64,000 nucleotides of DNA from Dictyostelium discoideum (GCA_000004695.1 CM000153.2:2944001-3008000); one strand, 5' to 3'; positions 1 to 13,138 are shown, counted from the first letter of the stretch. Notes: generated by a model not told the origin, from the letters alone. A program made the numbers and translations.

Positions 1-2715
1 ACTACTAAAAATAGTAATACTATTTCAATTAATAATGGTACTTTTAAATGGAAGGATGAAAATTTTGAAGAAACTGATGATGACGATGATCATGATGATG
101 ATGATGATGAAGGAGAAAAAGAAATAGAGGGAAAGGAAGAAAAAGAAGAAATTAATAATTTTATTTTTGAAAATATTAATTTTAAAGCACCAATTGGAAA
201 ATTAACAATGATTTGCTCACCAGTTGGAAGTGGTAAAACTAGTTTAATAAATGCATTAATAGGTGAAATTGAAAAAGTTAATGGTGAAATTAATGGAGTA
301 CCAGAGAATATTTCATTTACAAGTCAACAACCATTTCTATTAAGTACATCACTTCGTGAAAATATATTATTTGGTAAAGAATTAGATATTGAATATTATA
401 AACAGGTTTTAGATGCATGTTGTTTAGTATCAGATTTAACACAACTTTCTGCATTGGATTTAACAGAGATTGGTGAAGGTGGTATTAATTTAAGTGGTGG
501 TCAAAAACAAAGGGTTTCATTAGCACGTGCATTATATTCAAATTCAGATTTTATACTAATGGATGAACCTTTATCAGCTGTTGACCCAGAAGTTGCAAAT
601 CATTTATTTGAAAAATGTATTCAAGGAATGATGAAAAATAAAACTAGAATTTTAGTAACTCATCAAATTCAATTCATTCCATATGCAGATCATATTGTTA
701 TAATAAAAGATGGTAAAATTATTCAAGGTACTTATAAAGAATTAAAAGATGAAAATGGTATTGATTTTGAATCAATTATTAAAACTAAAAATTCAAATTT
801 AAATTTAAATAAAACTATTAAAGATGAAGAAGAAAAAGAAGATAAAGAAGGAGAAGAAAAAGAAGAAGATAAAAAAGAAATGATATTAAAATTAATTAAA
901 ATTAATTATAGTGATGAATTAAAAGAAAAAGCTAAATTATTAGTTGAGGAGGATAGGAATGAAGGAGAAGTTTCATTTAAAACTTATAAAGAATACTTTT
1001 ATTATGGTTCATCAAATTTATTTTTATTTATTACATTATTGGTATTTTTAATTGGTTTAATTGTAAATAGATTATCAGATTTTTGGTTAACAATTTGGAC
1101 TGAACAATCATTTAAAGAAAAGAGTCAAACTTTTTATATTATATGTTTTGTTTCAATTTTCATTGTATCACTTATTTTAATTTTCATACGTTACTCTTTG
1201 GTTGCAAAAATTGGATTTAAAAGTTCAAAAAAGTTACATGATCTTTTAATTAATTCAATTTCGAAATCACCAATACAATTCTTTGATTCAAATCCATCAG
1301 GACGTATATTAAATAGATTTAGTAATGATATAAGTGATATTGATACATCAATGATTGACATGTTTTCAGATACTTTAGAATACATTTTTGCAATTGTAGT
1401 TGGTATTTTTTCAATAATTTATATCAATCCAATGACAATTGTACCATTTTTAATTTTATCAATGTTTTATTATCAAATTTTTAATATTTATCGTGTATCA
1501 GTAAGAGAATTGAATAGATGTAAATCAATTTCGCAAAGTCCAATCATTTCATTCCTATCAGAGTGTTGTAATGGTTTATCGACAATAAGAGCTTTTAAAC
1601 AACAATCTAGATTCATTGGAATAATGAATGATAATATTGATAAAAATTTAAAATGTGAATTTGCAAGTTTTGCTGTTGAAATGTGGATTTCAATACGTTT
1701 AGAATTATTATCTTCAATTATAGTTTTTATTGTTTCACTATTTTCCTTATTCAATGGTTATTCAAATTCGGCACTTTCTATATTATCAGTTTCAACAGCT
1801 CGTAGTATTACTAGTTATTTAAAGAGTGCTTGTAGACAAATGGTTGATTTAGAAAGAAAAATGAATTCATTTGAAAGAGTTAACAATTATATTAAATTAC
1901 CATCTGAAGGTAGTGGCAGTGGTGTTAAATCGATGGAATTTATTTCTGAAAAAGATTTATTAAATTGGCCAGAAAAAGGTAATATTCAATTTAATAATGT
2001 TCAAGTTAATTATAATTCGAATTCTGTTCCAAGTTTAAAGGATATTACATTCTCAGTGGAATCAAATGAAAAGATTGGAATTGTTGGTCGTACTGGTGCT
2101 GGTAAAAGTACAATTGCAAATTGTTTATTCCGTTTAGTTGAATGTTCAAAAGGTTCAATTTTAATTGATGGTATTGATATTAAAACCATTGATTTAAATA
2201 AACTTAGAGGATCACTTGGAATTGTTCCTCAAGAACCTTGGTTATTCAGTGGAACAATTCGTTCAAACATCGATCCATTAAATCAATATGATGATGAAAT
2301 GATTTGGAATTATTTAGAAATGGTTAAATTAAAGAAACTAATTATTGAAATGCCATTAAAATTAAATAGTAAAATTCATGAGAATGGAAATACCACTCTT
2401 TCATATGGTCAAAAACAATTATTATGTCTATGTAGATGTTTAATAAAAAATCCAAAACTTATAATAATGGATGAGGCAACATCAAGTGTAGATTTTCAAA
2501 CAGCTGAAACTATTAAATCAGTGATAAACGAAAATTTAGTTAACAATACAATATTAACAATTGCTCATAGATTAGATATAATTATTGATAGTGATAAAAT
2601 CGCTGTAATTGATAATAGTAAATTAATTGAATTTGAAAATCCAAAAAATTTAATTAATTCAAATTCTAAATTTAGAAAAATCGTTAATTTCCAAACTAAA
2701 ATTCAAACTAATTAA
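1..2715 (+). CDS. ABC transporter, ABCC (MRP) subfamily, 5'-partial; the gene starts upstream of the window. The window covers NBD1, the second transmembrane domain and NBD2.
   Basis: The frame is open from nt 1 ([17 protein letters not shown]...), in frame with ORF 208..2715. Walker A GSGKTSL, ABC signature LSGGQKQR and Walker B ILMDEP are followed by six TM helices and a second NBD ([26 protein letters not shown]). Stop TAA at 2713-2715. Confidence 0.9.
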
Positions 2716-2824
2716 AATTATAAATAAAATAAACAATAAAATTTAAATAACTTTTGTATATACAAACAAAAATATATATTTATATTTATTAATTTTTTAA
2801 TTTATTTAATTTTTTAAAAATTAA

Positions 2825-5800
2825 TTATTTTGGTACATTATTATTATTATTATTATTGTTATAAGCAGAACTTGAAGAACTACCTAAAGATGAGGTTGAC
2901 ATATTAATAGAACTTGGTAAAGTTGGTGATCTTGATCTAGTTAAAAGATCTTTAGTGGTTGATAAACGTTTTGCTTTTGATTTTTCTTTTAAGATGAAAT
3001 AGGTTTCAAGTAAATGAATCTCTTCAATTAATCTTTGATTCTTTTCTTCCTCTCTACGTAATTTATCTTCCAATTCAATATTTTTGATGAATTCATTTGA
3101 GACAACGGTTTCTTTTTGAAGTGATGATCTTAAGTCTTCAACCTCTCTAAGATAATGAGTATAATCTCTAGAGACTCGGTTATCTCTATGTAAATTATTA
3201 ATGGTATCTCTAATTTGATCCAATTTTTGTTCAATAACAGCATTACTATATTGTGGATTTGCTTGGAATGGAATTTGTTGTTGTTGTTGTTGTTGTTGTT
3301 GATATTGTTGATATTGTTGTTGTAGCAATACAAGATTCTCTGGTTCAAAGCAACTTTGAGATCTTTGACGTGTGAATGCAGATGAAGATGATACAGAAAT
3401 TGGTGTTTGATTTGGTTGCTCATTACCAAACATCATTAAATTATTATTTGAATAATAATCATCATCATAAATTTCACGTGAATAACGAAAGTTTGAAGAT
3501 GATTGTGTAAGATCAACTGGTTTATATCTATTTGAAGAGAATCTATTACTACCACTTGATGTAGTTGTAGTTGTAGTGGTTTGTTGTTGTTGTTGCTGTT
3601 GTTGTTGTTGATATTGTAATGGTATTTGAGATTGTTGAGTTTGTTGATATTGTTGTTGTTGGATTTGAAGTTGTTGTAATTGCATTTGTAATTGTTGATT
3701 AATAGTATTACTATATCTTCTATTTGAGGAGGAGGATGAGCCATTACCATAATTTTTACTATTACGATTACTACCTCCACTACCGTCTATTGTAGAGATA
3801 ATATTTGCTGTAGATCTTGTTAATGTTGAATTCACTGATGAAGATGAGGAAGAAAGACCAAATAAATTTAATCTTTCTCTTGGTGATAATCTCTTCTTTT
3901 CAATCTCTCTTTCAATCTCTTTATTAATATCTCTACTTGCTCTCTTCTCTTGTTTATTATTGATGGTTCTATCTTTGTATCTTTCTAAATCGATTGAATA
4001 ACGTAATAGTTTCTCTCTCTCTTTCTCTTCTCTTGTTTTCTTTTCCTTTGAATATCTATCAATCTTTTCTTTAATTTGTTGAATTGCAGCTTTTGTATCT
4101 TCATTGTTTGTATATGCAACACTTCTTCTATAGATTTTAGATTGATCAGTTGTATTATTACCACCACCACCACCACCAACGCCAACACTTGTATTACTAC
4201 CAACGCTAAGAGAACTACCTCCATTACCACCACCACTGCCAACACTAAGAGAACTACCACCATTACCACCATTACCACCACCAATACTAAGAGAACCACC
4301 ATTTGGAGTTGTACCAGTAGTACCACTTGGTCCACCATTATAAAGATAATTTCTATTGACATTATATTGAGTATCTTCTATGTATTGAGTTAAATCCAAA
4401 TTTGGATCAACTCTAAAGGTTCTACGATCAGATTTTGTAGAGTTTGTATCACTAATTGGTTGAATTGATTGTTGTGATTGTGATAAAGATGATGATGATT
4501 GTTTTTCTTGTTGCTGTTGTTGTTGTTGCTGCTGTTGTAACATTTGTTGTTGTTGTTCAGGTGAAAAAGTAGTAGTAACAGTAAAAGTAATTGGAGCAGT
4601 AGAATCATGTGGAGATGTGATTGTAGTTGAAGTGATAGTTGAAGAGGAAGGACTATTATTTTGACCATTTGAGGGTAATAAACCAGAGATAGTAATAGAA
4701 GCAGGTCTACTTGAATATCTTTTCTCACCACCACTTGTTGTCATAATATTGATTGGTTGAGTTGGAGCAGACTCTACTAATTTCTCTTCATATGGTCTCA
4801 TATAGTAAAGATGATGTTGTGGAAAAACTTCATTATAAAAGAAATCGTGCATTTGAATTGAATAGGTAACGATTGCAGGTACACAATTTAGGGTTGGTAC
4901 TAAACAAATGGCAATATTTGAAATTGTCATTTTATTTTGATCGGATCTACTCATAAGTTTACCTAAGAGATTTGTTAATTCTTGCATTACTTCAAAATGT
5001 ACAGTTGGTAATTGATGCACCAATACACGTAAATTGCTAAGTATTTCCATATCGACAGGTTTCTTTTTGCCTTCTTCATCAATGAATAATGATACCACAC
5101 GTTTATTGATTGATTGTGGTACGAATACAGGTAAATCTCTAAAGAATCTTTTCAATAGACCTGCAGCTGTATAGGGTTCTATGGGAGAGACATCAACATC
5201 TTCACCATTATCGAATAGTTTTATATATTGATTGATTGTTAAATCCACACCGGGTATACGAAATAAACCCTCGGAATTCAATGATGTTCTCTCTATATGA
5301 TCAATGAGTTTTTCGATGATTATTGGTACATTTGAACCCGCTCTACATGGTACCTGAGTCAATGGTACTCCAAATATTTTACGTGCATTTGGATTATATA
5401 TAAATGGTATACCATTATTCATAACGATTTGTGTTGTTTCATCATATTGATTGTTTGTATAAATATGTCTTATATAATAATTGTTTGATGCTAAATTTAC
5501 ATGTTGTGTTTGTTGTTGTTGTTGAATTGGTTGTGTTAATTGATGATTGTGATTATGATTATGGTTATGACTATGACTATGATGACTAGTTGCTATATGA
5601 TGATTGGCTGTATATTGAAGGTGCCCTATTTCGTCATGATGATTACGTGATAGAGTTGGTGAATTATCTCCACTATATGATTCATTTTGATGATGTTTAC
5701 TATGTTTTTTATCTTTTTTTGATAAACTTGATGTTGGTGACCTATCTGTTCCACTATTACCACTACTACCACTACTACCTGTATAATCTTGTTTATCACC

Positions 5801-5854
5801 TTCCTTTTTATCTTTATGAAAAATTTGTACAGATCTTCTAAATATATTTTTCAT
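2825..5854 (-). CDS. RhoGAP domain protein (1009 aa) with poly-Q, poly-N and Ser/Gly-rich low complexity and a C-terminal coiled coil.
   Basis: Single ORF. The RhoGAP core is recognisable (IFGVPL...EGLFRIPG...KLFDNGEDVDVS...YTAAGLLKRFFRDLP...VHQLP). Dictyostelium-style homopolymer codon runs. A-rich leader before the ATG. Confidence 0.85.
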   Translation of the reverse strand: MKNIFRRSVQIFHKDKKEGDKQDYTGSSGSSGNSGTDRSPTSSLSKKDKKHSKHHQNESYSGDNSPTLSRNHHDEIGHLQYTANHHIATSHHSHSHNHNHNHNHQLTQPIQQQQQTQHVNLASNNYYIRHIYTNNQYDETTQIVMNNGIPFIYNPNARKIFGVPLTQVPCRAGSNVPIIIEKLIDHIERTSLNSEGLFRIPGVDLTINQYIKLFDNGEDVDVSPIEPYTAAGLLKRFFRDLPVFVPQSINKRVVSLFIDEEGKKKPVDMEILSNLRVLVHQLPTVHFEVMQELTNLLGKLMSRSDQNKMTISNIAICLVPTLNCVPAIVTYSIQMHDFFYNEVFPQHHLYYMRPYEEKLVESAPTQPINIMTTSGGEKRYSSRPASITISGLLPSNGQNNSPSSSTITSTTITSPHDSTAPITFTVTTTFSPEQQQQMLQQQQQQQQQQEKQSSSSLSQSQQSIQPISDTNSTKSDRRTFRVDPNLDLTQYIEDTQYNVNRNYLYNGGPSGTTGTTPNGGSLSIGGGNGGNGGSSLSVGSGGGNGGSSLSVGSNTSVGVGGGGGGNNTTDQSKIYRRSVAYTNNEDTKAAIQQIKEKIDRYSKEKKTREEKEREKLLRYSIDLERYKDRTINNKQEKRASRDINKEIEREIEKKRLSPRERLNLFGLSSSSSSVNSTLTRSTANIISTIDGSGGSNRNSKNYGNGSSSSSNRRYSNTINQQLQMQLQQLQIQQQQYQQTQQSQIPLQYQQQQQQQQQQTTTTTTTSSGSNRFSSNRYKPVDLTQSSSNFRYSREIYDDDYYSNNNLMMFGNEQPNQTPISVSSSSAFTRQRSQSCFEPENLVLLQQQYQQYQQQQQQQQQIPFQANPQYSNAVIEQKLDQIRDTINNLHRDNRVSRDYTHYLREVEDLRSSLQKETVVSNEFIKNIELEDKLRREEEKNQRLIEEIHLLETYFILKEKSKAKRLSTTKDLLTRSRSPTLPSSINMSTSSLGSSSSSAYNNNNNNNNVPK

Positions 5855-6298
5855 TTATTATTTTTATTATTATTATTATTTTTAATTTTTTTTTTTATAA
5901 TAATTCTATTTTTATAATAAACTAAAATTTAAATATATTTGTATTGTATTATTATTATCTAGTATTAAAAATTTATTACTAGTATTAATTTGTAAAAAAA
6001 AAAAACTATTACTAGCAGAAGGAAAATAATATATATATATATATAAAAAAAAGTGTTTTTATTATATTATTATTTTATTATTGTGAAGCTAAAAATTTAA
6101 TATTAAAAATAAAAGTGGTTAGAATAACTTTTTTATTTTTTTTTTTTTATTTTTTTTTTTTTGTATTTGTTTTTCAAAATACATATATTATATTGGTGTT
6201 GATTTAAAAAGTGTGATAATAAATTTAGTGTGTAGTTCTTTATTCGAATTTGTGTTAATGAGGCTTGTATAGTGGGTGTGTGTTGTGTGTGTGTGGTA

Positions 6299-6404
<106 letters not shown>

Positions 6405-6718
6405 TTTTTTTTTTTTTTTTTTTTAAAATTTAATTTTTTTTTTTTTTTTTTATTTATTTATTTTTATTATTTACAAAAAAATTTATGGTATCAGTGATGG
6501 TGTGATATTCTATATTTGATTTATAGGAAATGTACTATAAAATAAACTTTTAGTTCTTTATTGTCTTTCCTATTTTTTTTTTCTTTTTCTTTTTCTTTTT
6601 TTTTTTTTTTTTTTAATATTTTGGATTGTTATTTTTTTTTTTATTATTTGTAACAAATAATTTGTTATTTTATACAACTCTATTTTTTTTTTTTTTTTTT
6701 TTTTTTTTTTCCTACAGG

Positions 6719-6753
<35 letters not shown>

Positions 6754-7021
6754 GTGTCACTTATGTTTGTTATAACTATAGTTGTTGGAGTGTGTGTGTG
6801 TGTAAATTTAACAAATACTACCACTATATATAATGGCAGTTGTTAATGGGTCAAAATCTACCTTTTTTTTTATTTTTATTTTTTTATTTTTTTTTTTTAG
6901 TGTTGAAAAAAATAAAATAAAATAATAATAATATTATTAATAATATGGGGAAACAAAATAACGGTTGAGTACTTTATTTCCCTTTGCTTCTTCTCCTCCT
7001 TGGTTTCTTTATTTTTTTTTT

Positions 7022-7072
<51 letters not shown>

Positions 7073-7532
7073 CTTATTATTAAAAAAAAAAAAAAAAAAA
7101 AAAAAATTTGAAAAAAAAAAAAATTTAAAAAAGGTTTAGGTTTGCAATCAAAAAAAAAAAAAAAATTAAAAAAATAAAAAATAAAAAAAAAAATTTCAAA
7201 AAATAAAAAAAAATAAAAAATATCTTTTTTTTATTTCAAATAATAAGAAATTTAGTTTAAAAAATGATATTAATAATAATATTTTATTTTATTTTAATTT
7301 TTTTTTTTACCAGTTAAATTAAATACAGATATCAATTTTGTTACTATTATTAGTATTTTTTATTTTTTTTATTTTTTTTTTACCATGCTAATACCATCAC
7401 CTAATACATAATTTTTTTTAATCAGCCTCCATTTTTCAAAAAATTTTTTTTATTTTTTTTTTTTATTTTTTTTTTTTATTTTTTATTTTAAATTTTTTAC
7501 TATTGCTAGATAATTTAATTTTATTAATTGAT

Positions 7533-8479
7533 ATGTTGAAAGATGATAATAATGATATAGGTCAACACCAACCAAGCCAACAACAACAACAAAATAATAA
7601 CGAAGATAATGACGATATGAGTGTGGGGGATTTATTTCTTAATAAATCATATGTCAAAAAAACACTAGAATATTTTGGAGTAAATGTCAATTTAAATGTT
7701 TTAGATTCAGCATCAAGTAAAAATTATATTTATTTATTTTTATTTTTATTTTTATTTTTATTTTTACAAGATTATTTTTTATAATAATAATAATATTAAC
7801 ATATTTTTATTTTATTTTTTTATTTTTTTTATTTTTTTTTAAAAAAAAATCAGCTGATTTTGATTTAACAGGTCAAGTAATTTGGCCATCAGCACAGGTA
7901 TTAACTCAATATATTATAAAGAATCAAGAAGAATATAAGAATAAGAAAATTTTAGAAGTTGGATCAGGAGTTGGTGTATGTGGATTATTTTTAGCAAAAT
8001 TAGGTCAACCATGTACTCTTAGTGATAATAATGAGGTTGTATTAGATTTACTAAGATTAAATGTTGAAGAGTCAACAGCAGATGGTTATAAATGTGATTG
8101 TATTAAATTAGATTGGGGTAATCAAGAAGATATGGATAATTGTTTACTAAAATCAAAAGATAATGATAATAGTGCTGGTGGATTTGATATGATAATTGGA
8201 TCGGATATAGTTTATTGGAAAATTGGAATTGTACCATTATTTAAAACAGTTTCATATTTACTTAAACATAATGATGAAAACTCAAGATTTGTTACATGTT
8301 ATCAATCAAGATCAACTCAAACTGATAATTATCTTTTAGAACAAGCAACTTTACATGGATTCGAATATGAATTCAAACCAATAGAAACATTTTTAGATCG
8401 TTCTCTTTTAACTTTTAATGAAGATTCAACAATTTCAATTATTAATTTAATAATTTTTAAAAGAATAAAAAAAAATTAA
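7533..8479 (+). CDS. METTL21/FAM86-like protein-lysine methyltransferase (Methyltransf_16 family); join(7533..7716,7854..8479).
   Basis: ATG at 7533 (the ORF-track start at 7503 is TTG). Donor GTAAAA at 7717 and acceptor CAG at 7851-7853, phase 1. The spliced product reads ...LDSAS-T-DFDLTGQVIWPSAQVL...ILEVGSGVGVCGLFLAKLG...DMIIGSDIVYW, the SAM-binding motifs of the Methyltransf_16 family. Confidence 0.7.
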
Positions 8480-8646
8480 TTCGTTTTTTTATTTTTTATT
8501 TTTTATTTTATTTTTTTTTTTTTCATTCGTTTTTTTATTTTTTTTTTTTTTATTTTTAATTTTTTAAAATTTTTTAATTTTTAATTTATTTATTTTCCAT
8601 ACACACACACAAATATAAATTTTAATAAAATAAATAAAATATAGAA

Positions 8647-9733
8647 ATGGGTAAACATGTACAATTAGTGATGGGTCCAGCTGGAAGTGGAAAGGTATTA
8701 TTTTTTATTTTTTATAAAAATTTAATAATATATATACTAATTCTTTTTATTCATATAAATATAAAGTCAACATATTGTGACACAATGAGAAAATATTGTG
8801 AAGAAATTAAAAGATCAGTACATATTGTAAATTTAGATCCAGCAGCAGAAGTATTTGAATATCCAGTATCGGTTGATATAAAGAATTTAGTTACAGTTGA
8901 TGAAGTTATGGATGAATTACATTATGGACCAAATGGTGGATTGGTTTATGCAATGGAATATTTAATAGAGAATATGGATTGGTTAACAGATGAATTGGGT
9001 GATTATGAAGATGACTATTTAATTATCGATTGTCCAGGTCAAATTGAATTATACTCTCATATACCAGTCATGAGAATACTGGTTGACCATTTACAACAAA
9101 TTGGGTATAGTGTTTGTTCTGTATTTTTAGTAGATTCTCAATTCATTCTAGATAATTGTAAATTTATAAGTGGTGCATTAATGTGTTTATCTGCTATGGT
9201 TCGTTTAGAAGTACCTCATATTAATGTTTTAACTAAAATTGATGTTTTAAAAACTTCTGATCAATATAAAGAAATTGAAAAGTAATTATATTTTAAATTA
9301 AATTTAGGTTAAAATATATATATATATAATATTAATTCATAAATTATATTTAGGTTTTTAGATTTAGAAGTACAAAATTTAGTTGAAGAATTAAATTTAG
9401 AAACTCATGATAGATATCATAGAATGAATAAAGCAATTGGTTCATTAGTAAGTTTTTTCAAAATATTATGGTTATACATATACATATATAGATACTAATT
9501 GTTATTATTATTATTATTATTTTTATTTTTAGTTGGAAGATTTTAGTTTAGTTGGTTTTGTACCATTGGATATTACAGATCAAGAGAGTTTGAATGTTTT
9601 ATTACAACATATTGATAATTCAATTCAATATGGTGAAGATTTAGAACCAAAGGAACCACCATTAGAGAATGATGATGATGATGATGATGACGAAGGTGAT
9701 GAAATCATTAGGATGATGAATGGAAATCTTTAA
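8647..9733 (+). CDS. gpn3: GPN-loop GTPase 3 (GPN3/ATPBD1C homolog); join(8647..8694,8767..9281,9354..9447,9533..9733).
   Basis: [16 protein letters not shown] | [12 protein letters not shown]...HYGPNGGL (GPN motif)...[11 protein letters not shown]...KEIEK | FLDLEVQNL...KAIGSL | [13 protein letters not shown]...[11 protein letters not shown] matches human GPN3 along its length. Three introns with donors GTATTA, GTAATT and GTAAGT, and phases consistent across junctions. Confidence 0.85.
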
Positions 9734-9915
9734 AAATGATTATGATATAAAATAAATAGTAAATAGTAAATAATATAATATTTGAATAGTTGTTATTTTT
9801 ATTTTGTCTATTTATTTTAGAGTTAATTAACCCAAGAAGGATTATTAAATATCTATTTTTTATTTTCTAGTTTTTTTTGATTTCTTTCAATTGTTTATTT
9901 TTACTTTTTTATGTG

Positions 9916-9950
<35 letters not shown>

Positions 9951-10585
9951 AAATCTATATGAGAATTTCCATTTAAAGATTAATTAATGTTATTATTATT
10001 TTTTTAATTTTAACTTTTTATAAACATTTTTTAATAGTTATTATAAAGGTATAATAAAAAAAAAAAAAAAAAAAAAAATTTATTAAAGTGTAAAATCAAA
10101 TTTCAATATATATAAAAAAAATAAAAAAAATAAAAATAAAATAATTAGAGTTTTATTAATGGCCCAAATTATACATTATTTTTATTTTATTTTATTTTAT
10201 TTTTTTTTTTCTCTAAAAACTGGGAAAAAAATATTTTTATAAGGCTTGATCGATTTGAGATTTTTTTTTTATTTTTAATTTTTTAATTCACAAACATTTC
10301 CCACTTTTTTTTTTTTTTTTTTTAGAAATTGACTATTTCCTTTAAATTTTATATTTTTTTTAAATTTTTAAATTTTTTTTGAAAGAGTTTTTTTTTTTTT
10401 GATTATTTAAACTAGAAATCATTTATAAAAATTTAAAAAATAATTAATTAAAAAATAAATTATTAAATAAAAAAATAAATAAATAAAATAAATAAATAAA
10501 AAAATAAATAAAAAAAAATATTTAAATAAATTAATATATAAATAATTTAATTGGTAAATAAAATAATATATATAAATAAATTAAA

Positions 10586-11503
10586 ATGTTTAAACAAGTT
10601 TTTACAATTACTTTTGGAGATTGTGCTGAAAATCACGTAAATATGGAGAAACTTGGATCAATGTCAGATCGAGGTTTTGATTTAGATGATGTTACTAAAT
10701 TTAAAGATTATTTTGAAAAGAAAGGATTAACTACAGAATTTTTTGATTTAAAAGATTTAGTTAAAAAGGATAAAAATAAAAACAAAGTAAATTTATTTAA
10801 AAAGAAAAATGAAGATAAAATGAATGAGGAAGAAAAAGAAGATGATGAAGAAAAAGAAAAAGAAAAAGAAAAAGAAAAAGAAAAAGAAAAAGAAAAAGAA
10901 AAAAAAGATGAAGAAGAAGAAGAATTATTAAATTATAATGATGCATATTTATTAATTGTTAGAAATGGATTATCATCAATTTGTAATGTTAATGATTTTC
11001 ATCAAGAACAAAATAAATTAGAAAAAGATAAAAAGGCATTTATGTATGGTAGAGTTGTAAATAAAACAGCTAGACATAATCTTTGTTTTACAGATGGTGA
11101 GTCACGTGAACCAGAATATGAAAAGGGTAAGGGTAGGTTGGTATCTTTTAACGATTGTCCATTATTGAATAAAGCAAGGGAGACATTTATAGATATCCTT
11201 GGTGATAAAGCTGATGGATTGGTTGCTGAGGGTAATTACTATTATGAACCAAGCAAATGTGGAATTGGCTGGCATGGTGATGCTGAACGTCGTAAAGTGA
11301 TTGCAATCAGAACTGGTCAAAGAATGAATATTTGTTTCAATTGGTTCATAGATTCAAAACCTGTTGGAAATAAATTCATTCAATTTTTAAATCATGGTGA
11401 TATCTATATTATGTCTGAATATACAACTGGTTTCAATTGGAGAAAAAAGAAAATTCCTACTCTTAGACATTCTGCTGGTTGTTCAAAATTCACTTCATTA
11501 TAA
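10586..11503 (+). CDS. Hypothetical 305-aa protein. The C-terminal ~110 aa resemble the AlkB-type 2OG-Fe(II) oxygenase core. The N-terminal part carries an acidic (EK)n low-complexity tract.
   Basis: Single ORF with Dictyostelium codon usage and an AAAATG start context. The C-terminus GWHGDAERRKVIAIRTG...FLNHGDIYIMSEYTTGFNWRKKKIPTLRHSAG aligns by eye to E. coli AlkB LHQDKDE...LLEHGDVVVWGGESRLFYHGI...RYNLTFRQAG. The second Fe-ligand His appears replaced (W or shifted). The functional call is inference only. Confidence 0.6.
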   Translation: MFKQVFTITFGDCAENHVNMEKLGSMSDRGFDLDDVTKFKDYFEKKGLTTEFFDLKDLVKKDKNKNKVNLFKKKNEDKMNEEEKEDDEEKEKEKEKEKEKEKEKEKKDEEEEELLNYNDAYLLIVRNGLSSICNVNDFHQEQNKLEKDKKAFMYGRVVNKTARHNLCFTDGESREPEYEKGKGRLVSFNDCPLLNKARETFIDILGDKADGLVAEGNYYYEPSKCGIGWHGDAERRKVIAIRTGQRMNICFNWFIDSKPVGNKFIQFLNHGDIYIMSEYTTGFNWRKKKIPTLRHSAGCSKFTSL

Positions 11504-11669
11504 TTAAAATTTTTAATTTTTAAATAGTTATTTTTTATTGATTTTTATTACTTTTTTTTTACTAATTTTAAATAAATAAATATAATTTTTTAATTTTTTT
11601 TTCATTTATATATTAAAACTCTTTTTTTTATTTATAATTTTATTTTATTTAAGATATAACATTGTTTAT

Positions 11670-12181
11670 TTACATTTTTGAAACAAATCTATTTTTAATG
11701 AAAAACTTCTCATCACCATTTTGGTAACTTTTTTTTTGGTGATAAATTGCAATGTATTCAATCTATATTATTATTTAGAAAAAAAGAAAAAAAAAAGATA
11801 AATTAAATTAATAAATATATTAAAAATTTTTAAAAAAAAGAAAAATAAAATTATACATACACAGAATTCATTTGAATTAATTTTATCATTTAAATAATTA
11901 AATTTAAAGTCAAAACCTATATTAGAAACATTACATGATAAATATTTTACATTTGAAATGGTTGATTGGCTAATTGATTTAAAATAAATTGCCAACTTTG
12001 GAGTATTGGTGAATGGAATATCAAAAATAATTCTTTGGGTTTGGTCATTGTTTTTTTCATTACAAACAATATCTCCAACATTAATTTCTGTTTTAACATT
12101 TTTAAAATTAAAATTCTTGAAAATATTATTTTCAATATTATTATTATTAATGTTATTTATATTATTTGTTTCTTCTATCAT
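11670..12181 (-). CDS. Small H-type-lectin-like protein; proposed complement(join(11670..11762,11861..12181)).
   Basis: ORF 11771..12181 ends in a hydrophobic poly-F tail, typical of intron read-through. A canonical GTATGT donor sits right after ...NSNEFC (11860-11855) and an acceptor ATAG at 11764-11763. The second exon then encodes IEYIAIYHQKKSYQNGDEKFFIKNRFVSKM*. The core IIFDIPFTNTPKLAIYFKSIS...NIGFDFKF...EYIAI resembles the H-type lectin fold pattern. The splice model is speculative. Confidence 0.35.
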
Positions 12182-12220
12182 TCTATTTAATTATTGAAAT
12201 TAATATTAAATATTTTTTAG

Positions 12221-12254
<34 letters not shown>

Positions 12255-13100
12255 AAAAATAATTATAAATTAAAAGTGTTTGGAAACTATTAATTACTAT
12301 AAATAAGTATTTTTAACACCATTTTTACATAACACTATTTTTTATTAACATTATTTTTTAATATTATCAGTAACTTTTTAACCCTCAAACTCAAAAAAAA
12401 AAAAAAATAAATTAATAAAAAAAAAAAAAAAAAAACCAAACGAATTAAAATTTAATTATTTGTTTTAATTTACAAGTATACATATGTAAAAAAGGTGAAC
12501 TTTTGTTTTTTTTTTTTTTATAATTAAAAATGTGTGTAAATTATTTCTATTGTTTGAGGAAGTTGCATTGGTTTGGAGGGAGCAAATTTGGTGCATTTTT
12601 TTTTTAAAATTTTAAAATGAAAAGTATTTACACAAGGTCATAGGTTTCCAGTCATTTTTTGAAAATGGGACTCTCACTGTCAAAATAAAAAACTGAATGC
12701 TAAAATTATCTCTTTTTATATTCACTTGCTAAAAATAATTTAATCTAATAAATTTAAAAAAAAAAAAAAAAACTATATACATTTATATTTATGCAATTAT
12801 TTAAATGTTCATTTAATTGGATGTTTTTTATTAATTGTTTAAATTAATATGTTCACTGAAAAATAGAGTTTTGTAAAAAAATAAACAATTCCCTCTTTTT
12901 TTTTTTTTTTTGGATTTTTTTTTTTCAAACAAATGCGCGCAAAAAAAAATTAAATAAGTGAAAAAGTGAAAAAAAAAAAATAAAAAAAAAAAAAATTTAT
13001 TATTATCTAATATCAATTTAGATAAAGGTATATTGCCACATTGTAATAAAAGGTATCTTTGTCTCAATTTACCACTGTTTTATCTTTCAACTAAGCAATC

Positions 13101-13131
<31 letters not shown>

Positions 13132-13138
13132 CAACAAT

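Noticed and set aside
3130-4734. Several antisense or overlapping ORFs inside the RhoGAP gene (3130..3429, 3436..3780, 3985..4362, 4076..4393, 4390..4734).
   Set aside because: They lie within a long well-supported sense ORF, are low-complexity (N/I/V/T runs) and have no homology signal.
10586-10640. Calling the 10586..11503 protein a TET/JBP-type oxygenase.
   Set aside because: The HxD and second His spacing, and the NHGD...G motif, fit the AlkB-type core better by eye. Without a profile search neither assignment is secure, so only AlkB-like is reported, and only as inference.
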